Assembly: GCA_964187785.1 (NCBI GenBank)
Contig: OZ076413.1
Coordinates: forward strand, 41,728,001-41,792,000
Direction of reading: 5' to 3'
Origin: Amphiscolops sp. MND2022
Taxonomy: Eukaryota
DNA length: 64,000 bases
Below the pieces are notes generated by a model. That model had not been told where the DNA came from and ran no database searches. It worked only from the letters and a program-made list of their open reading frames with translations. The position numbers and the translations under genes are program-made. Below, piece by piece: positions 13,564 through 26,974 of the stretch; within the stretch, counting starts at the first letter, position 1; every line of letters begins with the position of its first letter.

Positions 13564-14112
13564 TTTTTAGTCGGCGCTTTTCTTTAGAAAAGAGTCGACT
13601 ATAGTCATGGCTTTTCGTCAGTGTTTTTCAAGACCACCTGAACTGACCAAAATAGCTCTACAAAAGTTCTACAAAATATTATTGCAGCAAATTGCACCAT
13701 TTGGCCTAGCGAACAGAACCAAAAAGGTTTTTCCTGTTTTCCCGCGTAACATACCATACCGGGCGAGACCAAAGGTCCCCCCTTTCAATTTTTTGCCATT
13801 TTGCGACAGAATGGATGCTGGAAAATCCCAAAGGGTCCCCCTTTCCCCCTTTCAGTTTTTTTCGGCACTAAGATTTTTCTCCGAAAATAAAAATTTTCCC
13901 CACTTCAATTTTTTGATGTTTTGCGACAAAATGGATGTTGAAAACCCCCAAAGGGTCCTCCCTTTCAGTTTTTTTCGGCATTGGGAGACTTTTTCCCCCA
14001 AATTTTTTTTTCATAAAAGGGTCCCCAACTCACCAATACTTTGACATATTGAAGTCCTTTGCTATTTTTGAGCCTTAGATATGGCGCCGACTTGGGCCGG
14101 TTCCGGCTTGTT
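13564..14112 (+). mobile_element. Helentron/HINE-like non-autonomous repeat
   Basis: Subterminal inverted repeat AGTCGGCGC (13569) / GCGCCGACT (14084), then a GCCGG-TT-CCGGC hairpin and CTTGTT end; T-rich flanks, no TSD. Confidence 0.6.
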
Positions 14113-15284
14113 AAATATTTATACATTGCCTAGGAGCTTAATCAATCAACTAAAGTGCAATGCTTACTCAATGGTGTTCTTAACAAGACGCCCACTGACC
14201 AGTGGGATACTTTCTGCCTTTTCTACTACGACATGATTTTGAGGCTCAAAAATATCCAATGGACTATCAAAATTCACAAAAAACGTAGGAATGAAAGTTT
14301 TAACCCCTTGATTCATCTTACCCTATTTAAAAAACGCTTGATTTGAGAAAACGCTAATCACCGAACTGTTTACTTATTGAAATAAGTGAAGACTAGTTCC
14401 TGACCTACCAAATTGAAATGTTTATATACACAAAAAGTCACTGAAAATTTCAATAAATGGAAGTATTTAATATTTCCGACTATTTTGGGTCATTTTGACT
14501 CGCTTTTCAAACACCGAACTGAACATATCGCTTTCAAAATGCCTACTGGATACCGGCTTCAATCGATTGTGAATATTTGCAATGTGAAAATTTGCATTAA
14601 AACGTCTTGTGCATTAAAACACTTTTGGATTTTTAGGAGTATTTGTTGTTTTTTTCTACCTGAAAATTTGAAAAATATTTAAAATATTTCTTGGAAAGCC
14701 GAACTGCATAGGTAACTATTTCGTTTGGAGCCTAATAAAAAATAAAGTTTTGAAAAAGTCGACAAAAAGATATTATGTTTTCGAGCATTTGCAGTTGTGC
14801 AGCTTTTCCGAAACCCGTACTCGTAGCTTCATATTTTGACCCTGAACCTTTCTATTATCTAATTGAGGAAAGTTTTCGGTGAATGTCCAAAATAAATTGT
14901 GTTCGATAGATGAAGTTCGGGAATTTTTACTGCTCTGATCTCCATTTCGAGAAACCTTATTCATTTTCTTTTCAAAATAACGTTTCGAAAATCCCATTGT
15001 TTTGACGTTCAGGTTATTGGAAGTTCTCTCCAACAAAACTTTCGTGAATTGAATAAACATCGACTTCGATTTGTCAGAAACTAAGTTTTCTGTCTTTTGA
15101 ATTTAGGCGTTTTTGAGGCCGATTCTAACAAAACGTTTTTTTAATATTCAGAAACGACTACTGGGTACAGCCGTTAGTGAGTTTTTGCACATGACGAAGT
15201 CAATGTGCATTGCAGTCCAGCTAAGAAAGTTTTTTTCCACAATATCCAACTTCGTAATAAGCCCCTTTTAGAGAAAAGCCAAAA

Positions 15285-15354
15285 CCCCAGAGAGATTCGA
15301 ACCTGCAGCCTCCCGATTGCGCGGCGTAAGTGTTAACCACTGTGCCATAAGGAC
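15285..15354 (-). pseudogene. tRNA-like segment embedded in a repeat
   Basis: Minus strand TGGCACAGTGGTTAA (A box) and GGTTCGAATC (B box), followed by T-run. Confidence 0.5.
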
Positions 15355-18300
15355 GTTATTGAATAAAGTTGAACTGTTGAATATATACGCATGCGATTAA
15401 AATAATATATATACGCATATTAAAATAATCGTTGTCTTCGTCATGTGTTGCGAAGCACCGCTTCGCCTCTGTGTCTAACTGTTGTGTTCCACGAAATTGC
15501 TCAAACTTTTACAACAGGTGGATAAAAACGTCAAAAACTTGAAATATTTGCGTTTTTGGGTTATTCTGTAATATGTTTTTCATAACTGCAAACGTGTTTT
15601 AAATGCGTACTGCGAACCTAGTTTTGTATCGTCTAGCTCTTTTTGAAACTTCTCACTCACGAAATTTATTGACTTCGAATGAAAACGCACTAATCAGAAA
15701 CTGGAAAATTTTGATTTTTTCGATTGATTTGTAATCATTATGAAGGTATTTTCTTACAAGAAACTGCCCTTTTCCAACCAGTTCATTTGATACCGAGTCT
15801 TTATGACAACATGATGAATATTTTTTTTTCATACTAATACACGAACGCTTTCGACAACATTACAAAATAGAGAGGTCAAATTTCGGAAACTTTGGGTTTC
15901 AATCAATTAGTAAGGTATTGTTCTTCCTCGAATGCTGTCAACTTTCCTTTGAAAGGCATACTGTCTGACTAGATAATTCCTTTGACGCCTGATGAAACTT
16001 CTAATTTACTGATTTTTATCCAAAATTTAACAAAAAATTTAATGCTGTCAAAATTGATATTCTCGACTTTCAGGTCAATTTTTCTTCCATAAGCATGCGG
16101 ATCTCTCTTCAAGACGCCTACTTGAGAATCATTTCAAAACGTTTTCAACATTCCTTCTACAGAACGTTTCAAAAGAATGAAAACACTGAAAAAATGAAGT
16201 TGTTCGATTTTTTGTATAATTTGGAGTCATTCCGAAGTGTTTCTGAAACAAAACACTGCAACTTGCTTTTCAAAAGGTGCAATGCATAGCTTGTTGTTTT
16301 GAGTCCTCTGACCCAAGAAAACTCGGAAAGTGTTCACAAATGGAACCTTTTGTGATTTTCGACCTCTCGCTGTCAATTTGAGGAATATTGTTGGGAACGA
16401 ACGTAGTTCGTTCTTCACAAAAGCCTTGTCGACAACCATGTTGTTTTGAACGTTTTAACCATGCTAATTCATGAACTAAATAAAAAACTTGACAAAAATT
16501 GCGTAGAAATATTAAGAATCTGAAACTTTAGAATTTTGCCAATCTCGGTTTCAAATTGAGGCATTTTTTATTAAAATACTGCATTTATTTCTTCAGAGAA
16601 GCCTCCCTGACCACAATTTTTTCCTGTTTGAACGTTTCGAACATTCTAAGCTAAGAAGTCTTTCAAAACTTTTGACAAAAATAGCATAAAAACGAGGCAC
16701 ATGGAATTTTTTGTCGATTTCGGTGTCAAATAATTTATCAAACTGTTTCTTCATTATCCTAGGGAAGCGCGGGCGTCGGGGAAAATGATTCGGCATACGT
16801 CGTTGAAAGGCATGCCTACGGACAGTGAGCGTTGATGACAGTGTGTGGCGTCAACAATTACCGTCATATGTGTGACATGTGGTGAAATTTCAAAACGGCG
16901 TTAGACTGGATGACGTTTCTATACACGCTGGAACTACTTTGAGGCAGTTTATTTGGAAAAAACGTGCAACCAAGTAATTCGATGGAAAAAATATAAACTA
17001 AAACGAGAGCACCAACGTGCTTTGTGGTTTGTTTTCAGAAATGATAGCCTTCAAGATTGACGCAAGGTCAACTTGGAAGGCTATCGTGGGTGTTAACGAT
17101 GATCAGTGTCCAAAAATATGAAATCCAGCAAGTGAGGCGTCAATCAGTACCCTAACTATCGAAAATATTTGAAGTCAATGAAATCAGTGTTGCCGTCTTT
17201 TTTGGACACTTCCCGGTCGAAATGGACGACTTCCGGTCAAAGGGGTAACTTCGGGGGTTATTTCCGGTCTCTGCGAAAGTCCTTTACGGGTCCCCATGTT
17301 ACCAGGATTTCATTCTAATTATAGTTCATATCACTTACGCGACCGAAATGTGATCTCATTCAGGATCGAAATGTCAAAAAGGAGGGGTTTAACGCCGTTT
17401 TCAGTCATTGCGGTGCCCACTAATGGCTAACCTGTGTTCACTAAGTAAGTTGCGCCCAGGTAGTACTTCAACTTTGATTCCTTGATAACCGCCCTTAAAA
17501 CGACTACTTTCCGATGAAAATAAAAAATAACTTTTTGTAAAAAAAAACAAACACAAAAATTGTCATTTCTGGTCTCATGGGGTGATGGGGGTGAAAACAC
17601 CTTATGTCATCTGTTACACCTCATTGTGTTCGACAAAACGTCATCAGGGTGCGGACACGCCACATCCACGGCTTCATTCGCAAAATTGGCATTTACCCAA
17701 ATTTGGGGGTAAAATAGGACGGGGGTACCCCTCTATCTCGGCGGGGGTGGTCTGATTGCAACCAAAATTTCTCAGCATATGTATTTTATGATGCTGCAAC
17801 GTAGTAGCGACCAAAATCGTTAGGATGCCCCGGAAAAAAGTTATGACAACAAAAAAGACGTAAAAAAACTCAACAAAATAACGCTAAAATGGTAAAAAGT
17901 AACCTTTTAAGTCTATAGCCCGAACAAATTGCTTCTACATCTTTGTTAAGCATCCTTTCCGCCTCGGCTATGCAAAATTTCATCCAATTCGATCAGCGAA
18001 AAGTGATGTTTTCCCATTTTTACCCCATTTCCATAAGTTGTTTCTTCGTCACAGATGCGGGCATACAGGACCTTGCCCGTCGCCCGTGAAATTTTGGTAG
18101 GGTTATTGCCCGGACCACCTAGATCTTTTCACACATCATTCCTAGGTCCGTGGATAATCGTGGATGATCTTGGCTTTTTGGACCAAGAATATAATGGTCC
18201 AAGAAATTTCGGTTCAATCATATAATCATGCATATAGTTACTTGATTCGTTAATATGACCTGTGCTATCATCAACGAGCCCTTGAGACCCTATCACTGAA

Positions 18301-18748
18301 AAACGGCAGTTTTCAAGAGTCAATAGATAATTATTGCATTTCATGACATTTTTGCAGTCTTCTACGTGTCTGACGAAAATGACCAACAACGTTCAGAAAC
18401 ATCAGAATGATATGAAACAAGTCGGGAACGACACAAGTCGGCGCCACGCTTAAGGCTCAAAATGCGGTAAGTACTACAAAGCGTCAATGCATTGACTTTG
18501 AAAAAGTTCTCAATCTCAGTACCGAAAAAAAACAAAAGGTGGTGGTCCTTTGGGCTTGGAAGTTGTTGACTGAAAACATCAGAAAGCAAAGCAAGAACAC
18601 TTTGTGAAATGAAAAACTTTCAAACTTTTATGATCAAAATAAATGCCAGAAGTTCGTACCAAAATAAATGTCCAAGAAAAAACTTTGGGTTTGACAAAGT
18701 GTTTTGAAAACGTTGACATATCATTACGCCGATAAATATAAATATGCC

Positions 18749-19185
18749 GGTACTCCTGACTAAGTGTGGTCCCAAGCGATTTCTCCTTACTAAGTGTGGT
18801 CCCTATGATGTAAGTGTGGTCCCATTCATATTTTGTCGGAATAAGTATTATAACGTAGTCAGCTATGTTCACATACACCTAGTGCCCTAGTGCAGGAGCG
18901 AAGCGGAGCGGAGCGACGTGCCATATGGCCATGCCTCAATGTTGCTACTTGGCGAAGGGAGCGAAGCGACCGAGCCATACAACAAATATGCTAACCTCTT
19001 CAATTCAAGTTCCATACATATTGGCTGTAACAGTGCTAAAAGCTAGTAAATTGAATTCTGCTGTTTTGAACTACATGTAATGTTTGCTTTACGTCGGCTA
19101 TTCTAAATTTGCTGGGACCACACTTAGTCCGGAGTTTTCAGGCCGGCTGCATAAATTTTGTAGGGACCACTTAGTCAGGAGTACC
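18749..19185. mobile_element. MITE with 25-bp TIR GGTACTCCTGACTAAGTGTGGTCCC and 8-bp TSD AATATGCC (Merlin-like termini)
   Basis: Perfect TIRs, TSD at 18741-48 and 19186-93, repeated subterminal GGGACCACACTTA motifs. Confidence 0.9.
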
Positions 19186-19597
19186 AATATGCCGATCGTT
19201 ACGGAAATGTTTTCGAAAAATTGCTTTCACATCAGAAAGAAACATTATACTGATTCTTTGAATCACCTTGTCTCCTGAAGCCCCTCCGAGTACAAAATGT
19301 ATAATTGTCACAGACGGCCAACGTTTTGCAGCGAAATCCCCAAAATTGCGCGGAAAAAACGTCGAAAAAGCGCAAAAATCAAACATGCGTCAAAAATTGT
19401 GTTAAGGTGAGCGGAAGAGTATCAATAGTTATTAAATATTTTTCTTTCTCCCAGGAAACGCTGTATTGGCATTTCCTACTGGTCGAAAGTCGTTTCTCTC
19501 ACAATTTTCCAACAAACTGGCTTTCCAACAAACTTTCTCGTGTGATGGTTGTGCTGGGAATCATTTGAGCGGAGCGGATTTTTCCATTAGCTCCATT

Positions 19598-19861
19598 CAG
19601 GGATTTGTAAATATCAATTGCAATTTAATTGATATTCAAAAATGGCACCAATGAATTGTAATTTTCGAAAAACTACAATTTAATTGACCAAGAAATGCCC
19701 GAGAAATAGGCTTAGAAATTGCAATTAATTGGTTTTCATTGCCTATTTTCATATCAATTAACTGAAGTCTTAAAAATACCCAATACATGTAAATAAATTT
19801 TTATTGAAAAATTGCAATTTATTGTTCATCAATCAATATTTTCAAACATTTCCAATCCCTG
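19598..19861. mobile_element. hAT-type MITE, TIR CAGGGATT, 8-bp TSD GCTCCATT
   Basis: TSD at 19590-97 and 19862-69. Confidence 0.85.
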
Positions 19862-20038
19862 GCTCCATTGTGGACCATACAAACGTCAAATTGACTGTTT
19901 TCATCGAGCACTCGTATCATAATGACATTTCAGGCATGTCATTTATGGTCATTCATCTCAAAGGTTTGAAATTTTGGAGTTCGACTTTCTTAACGTTTGT
20001 TACTTTTTTTCATGTGCTTGAAAAAGTCTTGAAAAACA

Positions 20039-20109
20039 TGCATCGGCCGGGAATCGAACCCGGGTCTATCGCGTGGCAGGCGACAATTCTACCACTGAAC
20101 CACCGATGC
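20039..20109 (-). tRNA. tRNA-Gly(GCC)
   Basis: GCATCGG/CCGATGC acceptor stem, D arm, GTCGC/GCGAT anticodon stem with CTGCCAC loop, GGTTCGATTCC T arm, followed by TGTTTTT terminator. Confidence 0.92.
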
Positions 20110-20276
20110 TTGGTAAGAGCCAATTTTATGATAGTACTATGCATAACAAAGAAAATGCTACCTGCTACCCTATTTCTTCTAGCAAGACACCATAATGTTA
20201 ATCCTTTGAAGTTAAAATCCTCAGAAACTTGACATTATCAATTGAGTTGATTATTAATTGACGTACTAGTCGGATG

Positions 20277-20695
20277 GGCTCTTTTCTGTTTTCCCCCCCA
20301 CCACCAAAATTTTTGGAAGTAAATTTCCTTAAAAACTTTAGACTACCCTAATTAAAAGTGAAACCTTCTTTCATAATGGGAAGATAACATCTATTGGATT
20401 AGTTTTTCGCTTGAACAAAACATTGTTCACGCTTTTTGACTATAATTATGTTCGTATCAAGTGTTTATTGATTACTCAAAACAGGAAGCTGTTGATTTCT
20501 TCATCGTGACTACATAAAGCGTGACTACATAATGAAAAAAATGTGAACTAAGTTTGCATCTGAATCCTAAACTGTCACACTAAGAATAAATAAAAATTTG
20601 AAGCTTTCTGATTTGTATTCAAGTCTTTTTGTTATTAGATTTTCAGTAATTTTTCAAAAAAATTTTGGTGGTGGGGGGGAAAACAGAAAAGAGCC
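20277..20695. mobile_element. MITE with TIR of about 40 bp (GGCTCTTTTCTGTTTTCCCCCCCACCACCAAAATTTTT), 8-bp TSD GTCGGATG
   Basis: TSD at 20269-76 and 20696-703. Confidence 0.9.
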
Positions 20696-21066
20696 GTCGG
20701 ATGAATTCGAGGCATCCATTTATACAGTCTCTCAGCGTTTGTCCGGAAATCAATCAACGAGATGGGCTTTCCAAAAAGGTTTGTTTTTCGTTCAAGGCAT
20801 AATTCAAGTATGATAAAATTCTATAAAAGTATAATGCCTCGCCATATCGCCTTATACTAACTTTTGCATTATTTAGGTTGGCTCTGACAGCTTTTTGTGG
20901 AGTTTGAAAAAATCTCTGCCTTGCCATGAGATGTAAAAAAAAAACAATTTTGATCTATACAATTCAATGAAAAATCTCAGAAGACGTCATTTGGATGAAT
21001 AAAAGTTCACTATGTCATGCAGAGTTGGAGCTGAATGTAGTAGATTTTACTTTCCACTTTGATACC

Positions 21067-21180
21067 GAATAATTCAGAAATTTAACAACCATGTTCTTTC
21101 AGGAAAATGTTGAGGGTGTAGACTCTACACCCTCCATTTTTTCCCTAAAAGAACAGGGTTGTTAAGTTTCTGAATTATTC
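21067..21180. repeat. Imperfect hairpin of about 114 bp
   Basis: GAATAATTCAGAAA...GAGGGTGTA gactc TACACCCTC...TTTCTGAATTATTC. Confidence 0.8.
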
Positions 21181-21491
21181 TACACCGTGTAGAATAGAAA
21201 CCACATGACCGATACTAGCCGCTAGCATTAATTAGGAGAAATCGCTTGGGACCACACTTAGTCAAGAGTACCATAATTTCCCCATTTATACTTGTTTCCA
21301 ATAACAAATATTGGCGCGCCTATACAAATTGAATTCAATTAAACCCTGATTTACTATCAAAGAGCAAATGGAGTAGGTTTTTATAGAATTCGTTTCCACC
21401 TCACTCGTAACAATTTGTTATTTTGAATTCAAGTTTGTCAAAAAATTATTTCAAGAAAAGACTTTTCCTTTCAATTTATGTTTATAATTTC

Positions 21492-21820
21492 GGTACTACT
21501 GACTAAGTGTGGTCCCTACAAAACTTATGCAGCCGGCCTGAAAACTCCTGACTAAGTGTGGTCCCTTGAAGAGGTTAGCATATTTGTTGTATAGCTCGAT
21601 CGCTTCGCTCCCTTCGCCAAGTAGCAACCTTGAGGCATGGCCGTATGACACGTCGCTCCGCTTTGCTTCGCTCTTGCATTTAGGGCACTAGTGGTATGTG
21701 AACATAGCTGGCGACGTTATAATAATTATTCCGACAAAATATGAAGGGACCACACTTACATTATAGGGACCACACTTAGTCAGGAGAAATCGCATGGGAC
21801 CACACTTAGCCAAGGGTACC
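21492..21820. mobile_element. Second, inverted and shorter copy of the same MITE, 8-bp TSD ATAATTTC
   Basis: TSD at 21484-91 and 21821-28; GGTAC...GTACC ends. Confidence 0.88.
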
Positions 21821-22303
21821 ATAATTTCCCCATTTATACTTGTTTCCAATAACAAATATTGAAGAATGAGAATGAATTAGAAATAGAAACTGACTGTGTG
21901 AATTTTTATGATGTCATCAAAAAAGGTGACATCAGTGTTATCAGTGCCCTAAATGCAGGAGCGAAGCAAAGCGGAGCGACGTGTCATACGGCCATGCCTC
22001 AAGGTTGCTACTTGGCGAAGGGAGCGAAGCGATCGAGCTATACAACAAATATGCTAACCTCTTCAAGGGACCACACTTAGTCAGGAGTTTTCAGACCGGC
22101 TGCATAAGTTTTGTAGGGACCACACTTAGTCAGGAGTACCGAAATTATAAACATAAATTGAAAGGAAAAGTCTTTTCTTGAAATAATTTTTTCGTGTTTC
22201 CTGTTGAAACAACCAATACGATTTGGTGGTCACTTAAGCAATTAAAATTGAACAAAAGTTAAGAAATGATTCAGTGGAAAAAATGTGGTAAACTTTTGCG
22301 CAC

Positions 22304-22544
22304 CTCAATATCCTCCCTGTGTTTGTACAGATCGCACTCCAAGATGCTCTTCATGCTGAACTGGTCACTCTCGTAGTCGAGTTCCTTGCCCACCAACTCC
22401 GAGATCCTGTCCCAGTGGCGTCTCTGCATGGCCTTGTTGGCCATTTGCTCCAACAGAGGAATCAGTTCTGTGAACTCGTCCAACTTCCTCTTCAACTCGT
22501 CGAATGCCGCGTAGTCCTTCAGGCCTTTAGGCAACTTGCGGCAT
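22304..22544 (-). CDS. DNAH5: Dynein heavy chain exon (CRKLPKGLKDY...AMQRRHWDRI...EDIE)
   Basis: DHC_N2 'RHW' motif, canonical splice sites, phase 2 to 0. Confidence 0.95.
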
Positions 22545-23016
22545 CTAAACAAATTGTGTTAAAGTTATCGGACACCGAAATGACAGCCTAAGGTTGCGGG
22601 ATCGATTCTCCCCACAGGCCATTTTTTCCGTTGATGAAAAGTTACTTTGGAGCTTATGGCAGTCAAGCTTTTGGAGATTGATGGAAAGAACAGCGAAAGG
22701 TATTCACTTTTTAAGTGCCCAGATGAACCATCATGATTCGTTCTCAGCATTTCATCCAAGACAATGCATGAATCATTGACATCTTTCCATGATCATGGAA
22801 TGAATCTCGATATCACAAACCCAATAATTATATGAATGAATTTTGAATCGAAAGCCATGACTTGTGAACCGGCGTCTTTAAATGCCTGCAATGTAACCAA
22901 GAAACACAAGAGCGAAAAGCAAACAGTATTTGGAAGAATGTTCAAAACTTAATCGTTGCACTATCTCAAGTTCAGAGTACAAACGGAAAAATAAGTGTGA
23001 AAAATGACATTTTTTC

Positions 23017-23428
23017 GGCTATTTTCTGTCCCCCACCACCAAAATTTTTGAAAGTAAATTTCCATAAAAATTTCAGACAAGCCTAATTTAAAGTAAATTC
23101 TTTTTCCATAACCGGAAATTAACGAGTATTATAATAGTTTTGTTTAAACAAAACATTTTTCACACTTTTTAAGTGTGGCTATGTTCGAATTCACTGTTTG
23201 TTGTGATTCGAAACAGGAAACCATTCAATTTCTCATTAATACTGCGTGAATGCACAAAGAAAAATAACGTGAACAAAGTTTGTATCTCAATTCCAAACTG
23301 TCACTCTGGAAAGAAATATAAAATTGAAGGTTTCTGGTTTGTAATCAAGTGTTTTTCAAGTTGTTATATAACATTTTCATAATTTTTACAAAAAGTTTTG
23401 GTGGTGGTGGGGAAAACAGAAAAGGGCC
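23017..23428. mobile_element. Older copy of the 20277-20695 MITE
   Basis: Same TIRs and collinear internal sequence; TSD not recognisable. Confidence 0.8.
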
Positions 23429-23470
23429 AAGACCCCTTATGACAGAAGTACTTGAAGTCTGTCTTCACAC

Positions 23471-23709
23471 CTGTTCTGGAAGTCAGTCAGCTCCTCCCCG
23501 AACTCTTCGACGTTGAGGTCAGCCCACAGCTTCTCCTTGTACTTGTCGATGCAGTCCATCACACTTTCGTAGAGCAGGTACAGCTTGCTCAACAGTTTCA
23601 GCTCCTTCTCAATGGCCAGAAGGCGCGGGAACTCTGTCTGTGGGAGACCGAACAACTGCTCTCCCCTATGGTACGTCTCGTAGCTCCTTTTCAGGGCATC
23701 GAAGCGGTT
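23471..23709 (-). CDS. DNAH5: Dynein heavy chain exon (NRFDALKRSYETYHRGEQLFGLP...DFQNR)
   Basis: TAG acceptor, GT donor. 'GEQLFGLP' motif at the start of DHC_N2. Confidence 0.93.
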
Positions 23710-23989
23710 CTAGAAAAAGTTGACCAGAAAAAGTTTCATATGAAGCATTCACTTTAATGTCAATGATTTGGATTAACGACTGATATCCATATCTATAAAG
23801 TTATATCTGTGAGCTGGAATATTCTTGTAACGCGAAAAGCTCAACTTACTTTTTTCTTACCAAAACATTCAATAAAATTGTTATTTTCCGCCCATATATA
23901 ATGGGGGAGAAAAATCATGATCTGTGTTTCGTTTTTTTTTTGCAAATTCTGCCAAAACTCCACTTTATTAACCCCTTTAGTAAATTCTA

Positions 23990-24062
23990 GTCACCATGCC
24001 ACAGCTGGTAGTGCGTCTGCCTGGCAGACAGGAGGTTGTGGGTTCAAACCCGTGCTGATGCG
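23990..24062 (+). pseudogene. tRNA-like segment embedded in a repeat
   Basis: AGCTGGTAG, GTCTG/CAGAC hairpin, GGTTCAAACCC, followed by oligo-T. Confidence 0.45.
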
Positions 24063-26435
24063 TTACATTTTTAGCGGAAAATATTCCGGTGCTTAGTGGG
24101 CACCTTGTTTACTCTAGGAATCTTGTCTAAATCTCTCAGCACCGAGAGGTTTCAATTTTTTATTGCACTTTTACTGCATTTTCTGTAATGACCGGAATGA
24201 GTGTTTACAAAAATATTAATTCGCTGACAGGTTCGCTTCCATTCAATTGAAAATGCGAAAAATCATTACCGCTAACAATTCAAATAACAAATTTTATAGT
24301 CTAAAAGTTGGATATTTTCTGTCAAAATTACTGAGTTTGCACTTCCGCAAAAATTGTAAGGTTGAAAAAAAACTGGAATGGTCCAAGTCGGCGTCCGGCT
24401 TAGGGCTCGAAAACAACAGAGTCTTTTGAATATGCTCAAAACCAAATATTGAAAAACTATCATCAACGTCACAGTGCCCAAAATACCCAAAAAAACATCA
24501 AAATGATCAAATTTATGAGGAAAAAAGCTTGTTTCGACCAAAAAAGTCTCGTTAAAAAGTCGCACAGTGTCGGAAAAAAGGGGTCTTTTAAGCTCGCAAA
24601 ATCCTTTATTCTTGCGAAAAGATCAGAAAACTTGCAGGGGATTCTTTGGTGGCCAGAAATTGGGTTTCCAGAAAAAAGACTGGCGAAACATTCCGGAAGG
24701 AGAAACATTCCGGAAAAAGCCGTGTTGAAAATCTAAGCGGCACGTAAAGTCGAGGAACAAGAAAAATTTAAATTTAATATAGAATCTGACTATTCACATC
24801 TTATAAAATAGTCACTACTATAGTCTGCGTTTTCTAACGGAAGCATATCATTACAGTGATTGTTTCTTTTGGCAGCGCTTTCGTAGAAAGAGCAGACTAT
24901 AGTAGTGACTTTTAAAAAATTTTCAAGAATATAGAAAGATTTTATAAGTTTCGATAAGCTGTTGCTTAGTAAATTCGAAGTTCTACTGTCACTTGACACA
25001 GATTAATCCGGAGTTTTTGAGAAACAGAAGGACATGGGTTCGAGTCTCGCACTTCACCATTTTTTTTGTGCTTGCAAACGTAGAAGGACAACCAAAGGAT
25101 CGCCTTCGGTTTTTTCGGCGACATTGGATTTTTTCGGGAGTTTTTTCAAGTACCCCCTTTGATTTCTAGCAAAAAAAATCGTTTTGTGAGCTAAGAGCCA
25201 CCTTAGGTTTTTTTGCCTTATGTGACTTATCAAAGCCATTTTTTGTACAATTCTCAAGTCGTAAAGATGCCATCTTTTTTTATTTTTAGGTCCTGTGGGA
25301 CTGATGAGAGTTCTGTTAATACCTGTGGAAAGGACCTACGGTTTATCGGCACTGTGCAACTTTTCAAAACTTTCAATTGATTAAAGGGTACCTACCCCTT
25401 TGATTAAAGGGTACCTACCCCCTTCATTTGTTAAATTTTTTGGCTCGTTTTGCGAACTTGAAGGGCCTCTTTTGGCTGAGTAATTTTTTTCAATTTAGAA
25501 GAGACACTTGACATCTTTTTGTCAAGAGAAAATTTCGTAAAACGATTTCCCAAGAATCGTCCTTTGAAAATTTCAGGTTTTTGGAACACACGGAGAATCC
25601 ATTTTACTGGGCGCTTTTCTTAAAAGAGTCGACCATAGTCATGGCTTTTCGTCAGTTTTTTTTCGATACACCTGAACTGTCCAAAATAGTTCTTCCGAAA
25701 GTTCTACAATTTTGGCAATGGCCATTTTGGCAATCTTCATGCTGCATTTGGGCTGTAAAACGCGCTAAGGAGTCCGCTTCGACAAAAACAGGATAATTTT
25801 AACGCAAACCGGATATAACGAATTCCGGATATAACGAAATCAGGATATTACGTTTCTTGAAGAATTTTTCAGTGCTACAACAGGGCCCCCTTTCAATTTT
25901 TCAGAATATTTAGAGTTGATACAACATCATTTAAAGCCAAAAGGCCCCTCTGATTTTTTTGGCGCAAACTTGATTTAACGCAAACCGAATATAACGAATA
26001 ACGGATAAAACGTATACCGGATATAACGTTTCTTGGATGGTTTTTCAATGATACAAAAGGGTCCCCTTTTGATTTTTCGGATGTTTAGACTTGATACAAA
26101 ATCGTTTGAAGCCAACAGCTCCCCCTTTTGGACTTTTTTCGGTATTGTGAGACCTTCTTCTTTTTCAACGTAACCAATCAGCGGTTTCATTCTCATACTT
26201 TATCATTATTTTTTAAAGCTTTGTGTGCTTTGTGCGTTTTTTTCCGAAACTTTCATGTAGTCAAAGGGTACCCTCGCGCTTTCATATCGGATTTCGGTTT
26301 GAGAAAAGGTAGTTTTTCAAGGCTGAAAGTTCCTTTTCCGGCACTATAGATCGATTTTCCCCGCAAAATGGATTTTTTGTGTTTCCAGTTTGGGAACTTT
26401 TGGTTTTCGAGTCTTATGCATATCCTTTAGGGGTG

Positions 26436-26974
26436 TTTTTAGTCGGCGCGTTTTAGTAGAAAATGTGCCCGACTATTACAGTGGGTAGTTTTTTTTAGAC
26501 ACGAAAGGTCCACTTTTTTGTTCATTTGTTCAACAACCTCAAACCTCAACAACTTCAAACCTCAACAACTCCAACCTCAGAAGCGCGTCCAAAACGAAAA
26601 GAAAAAACAAAACAGACGTCCACAACCTCGAAAACACACTAAAGATCCCACCTTAGCCCCACTTTTTTGCGGCACTATGCGACTTTTTTTGAAGTTTTTT
26701 GGATTGCACCAGAGGGTCCCCCTTCAGTTGTTTCGATATTTTGCAACACAATGGATGTCAAAAAATCGCAAAGGGTCCCCCTTTTACATTTTTCGGCACT
26801 GTGACACTGTTCAAAAATCTCATTAAAAAATTTTTTGGGAAATTTTCTCATGTCTCCCTTTCAATTTTTTTATAATTTTTTGCAACCAGCTGGAGTTTCA
26901 CAAAGCCCGAAGGGTCCCCCTTTTAAATTTTGAGCCTCAGATATGGCGCCGACTTTGGCCGTTCTCGGCTTGTT
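26436..26974 (+). mobile_element. HINE-like repeat, related family
   Basis: AGTCGGCGC at 26441, GCGCCGACT at 26946, 3' hairpin and CTTGTT. A second 3' end lies at 27044-27073. Confidence 0.6.

Noticed and set aside
16760..18121. Possible TAGG-terminated non-autonomous DNA element
   Set aside because: Terminal similarity is weak (TAGGGAAGCGCGGGC versus TAGGTGGTCCGGGC) and no TSD was identified.
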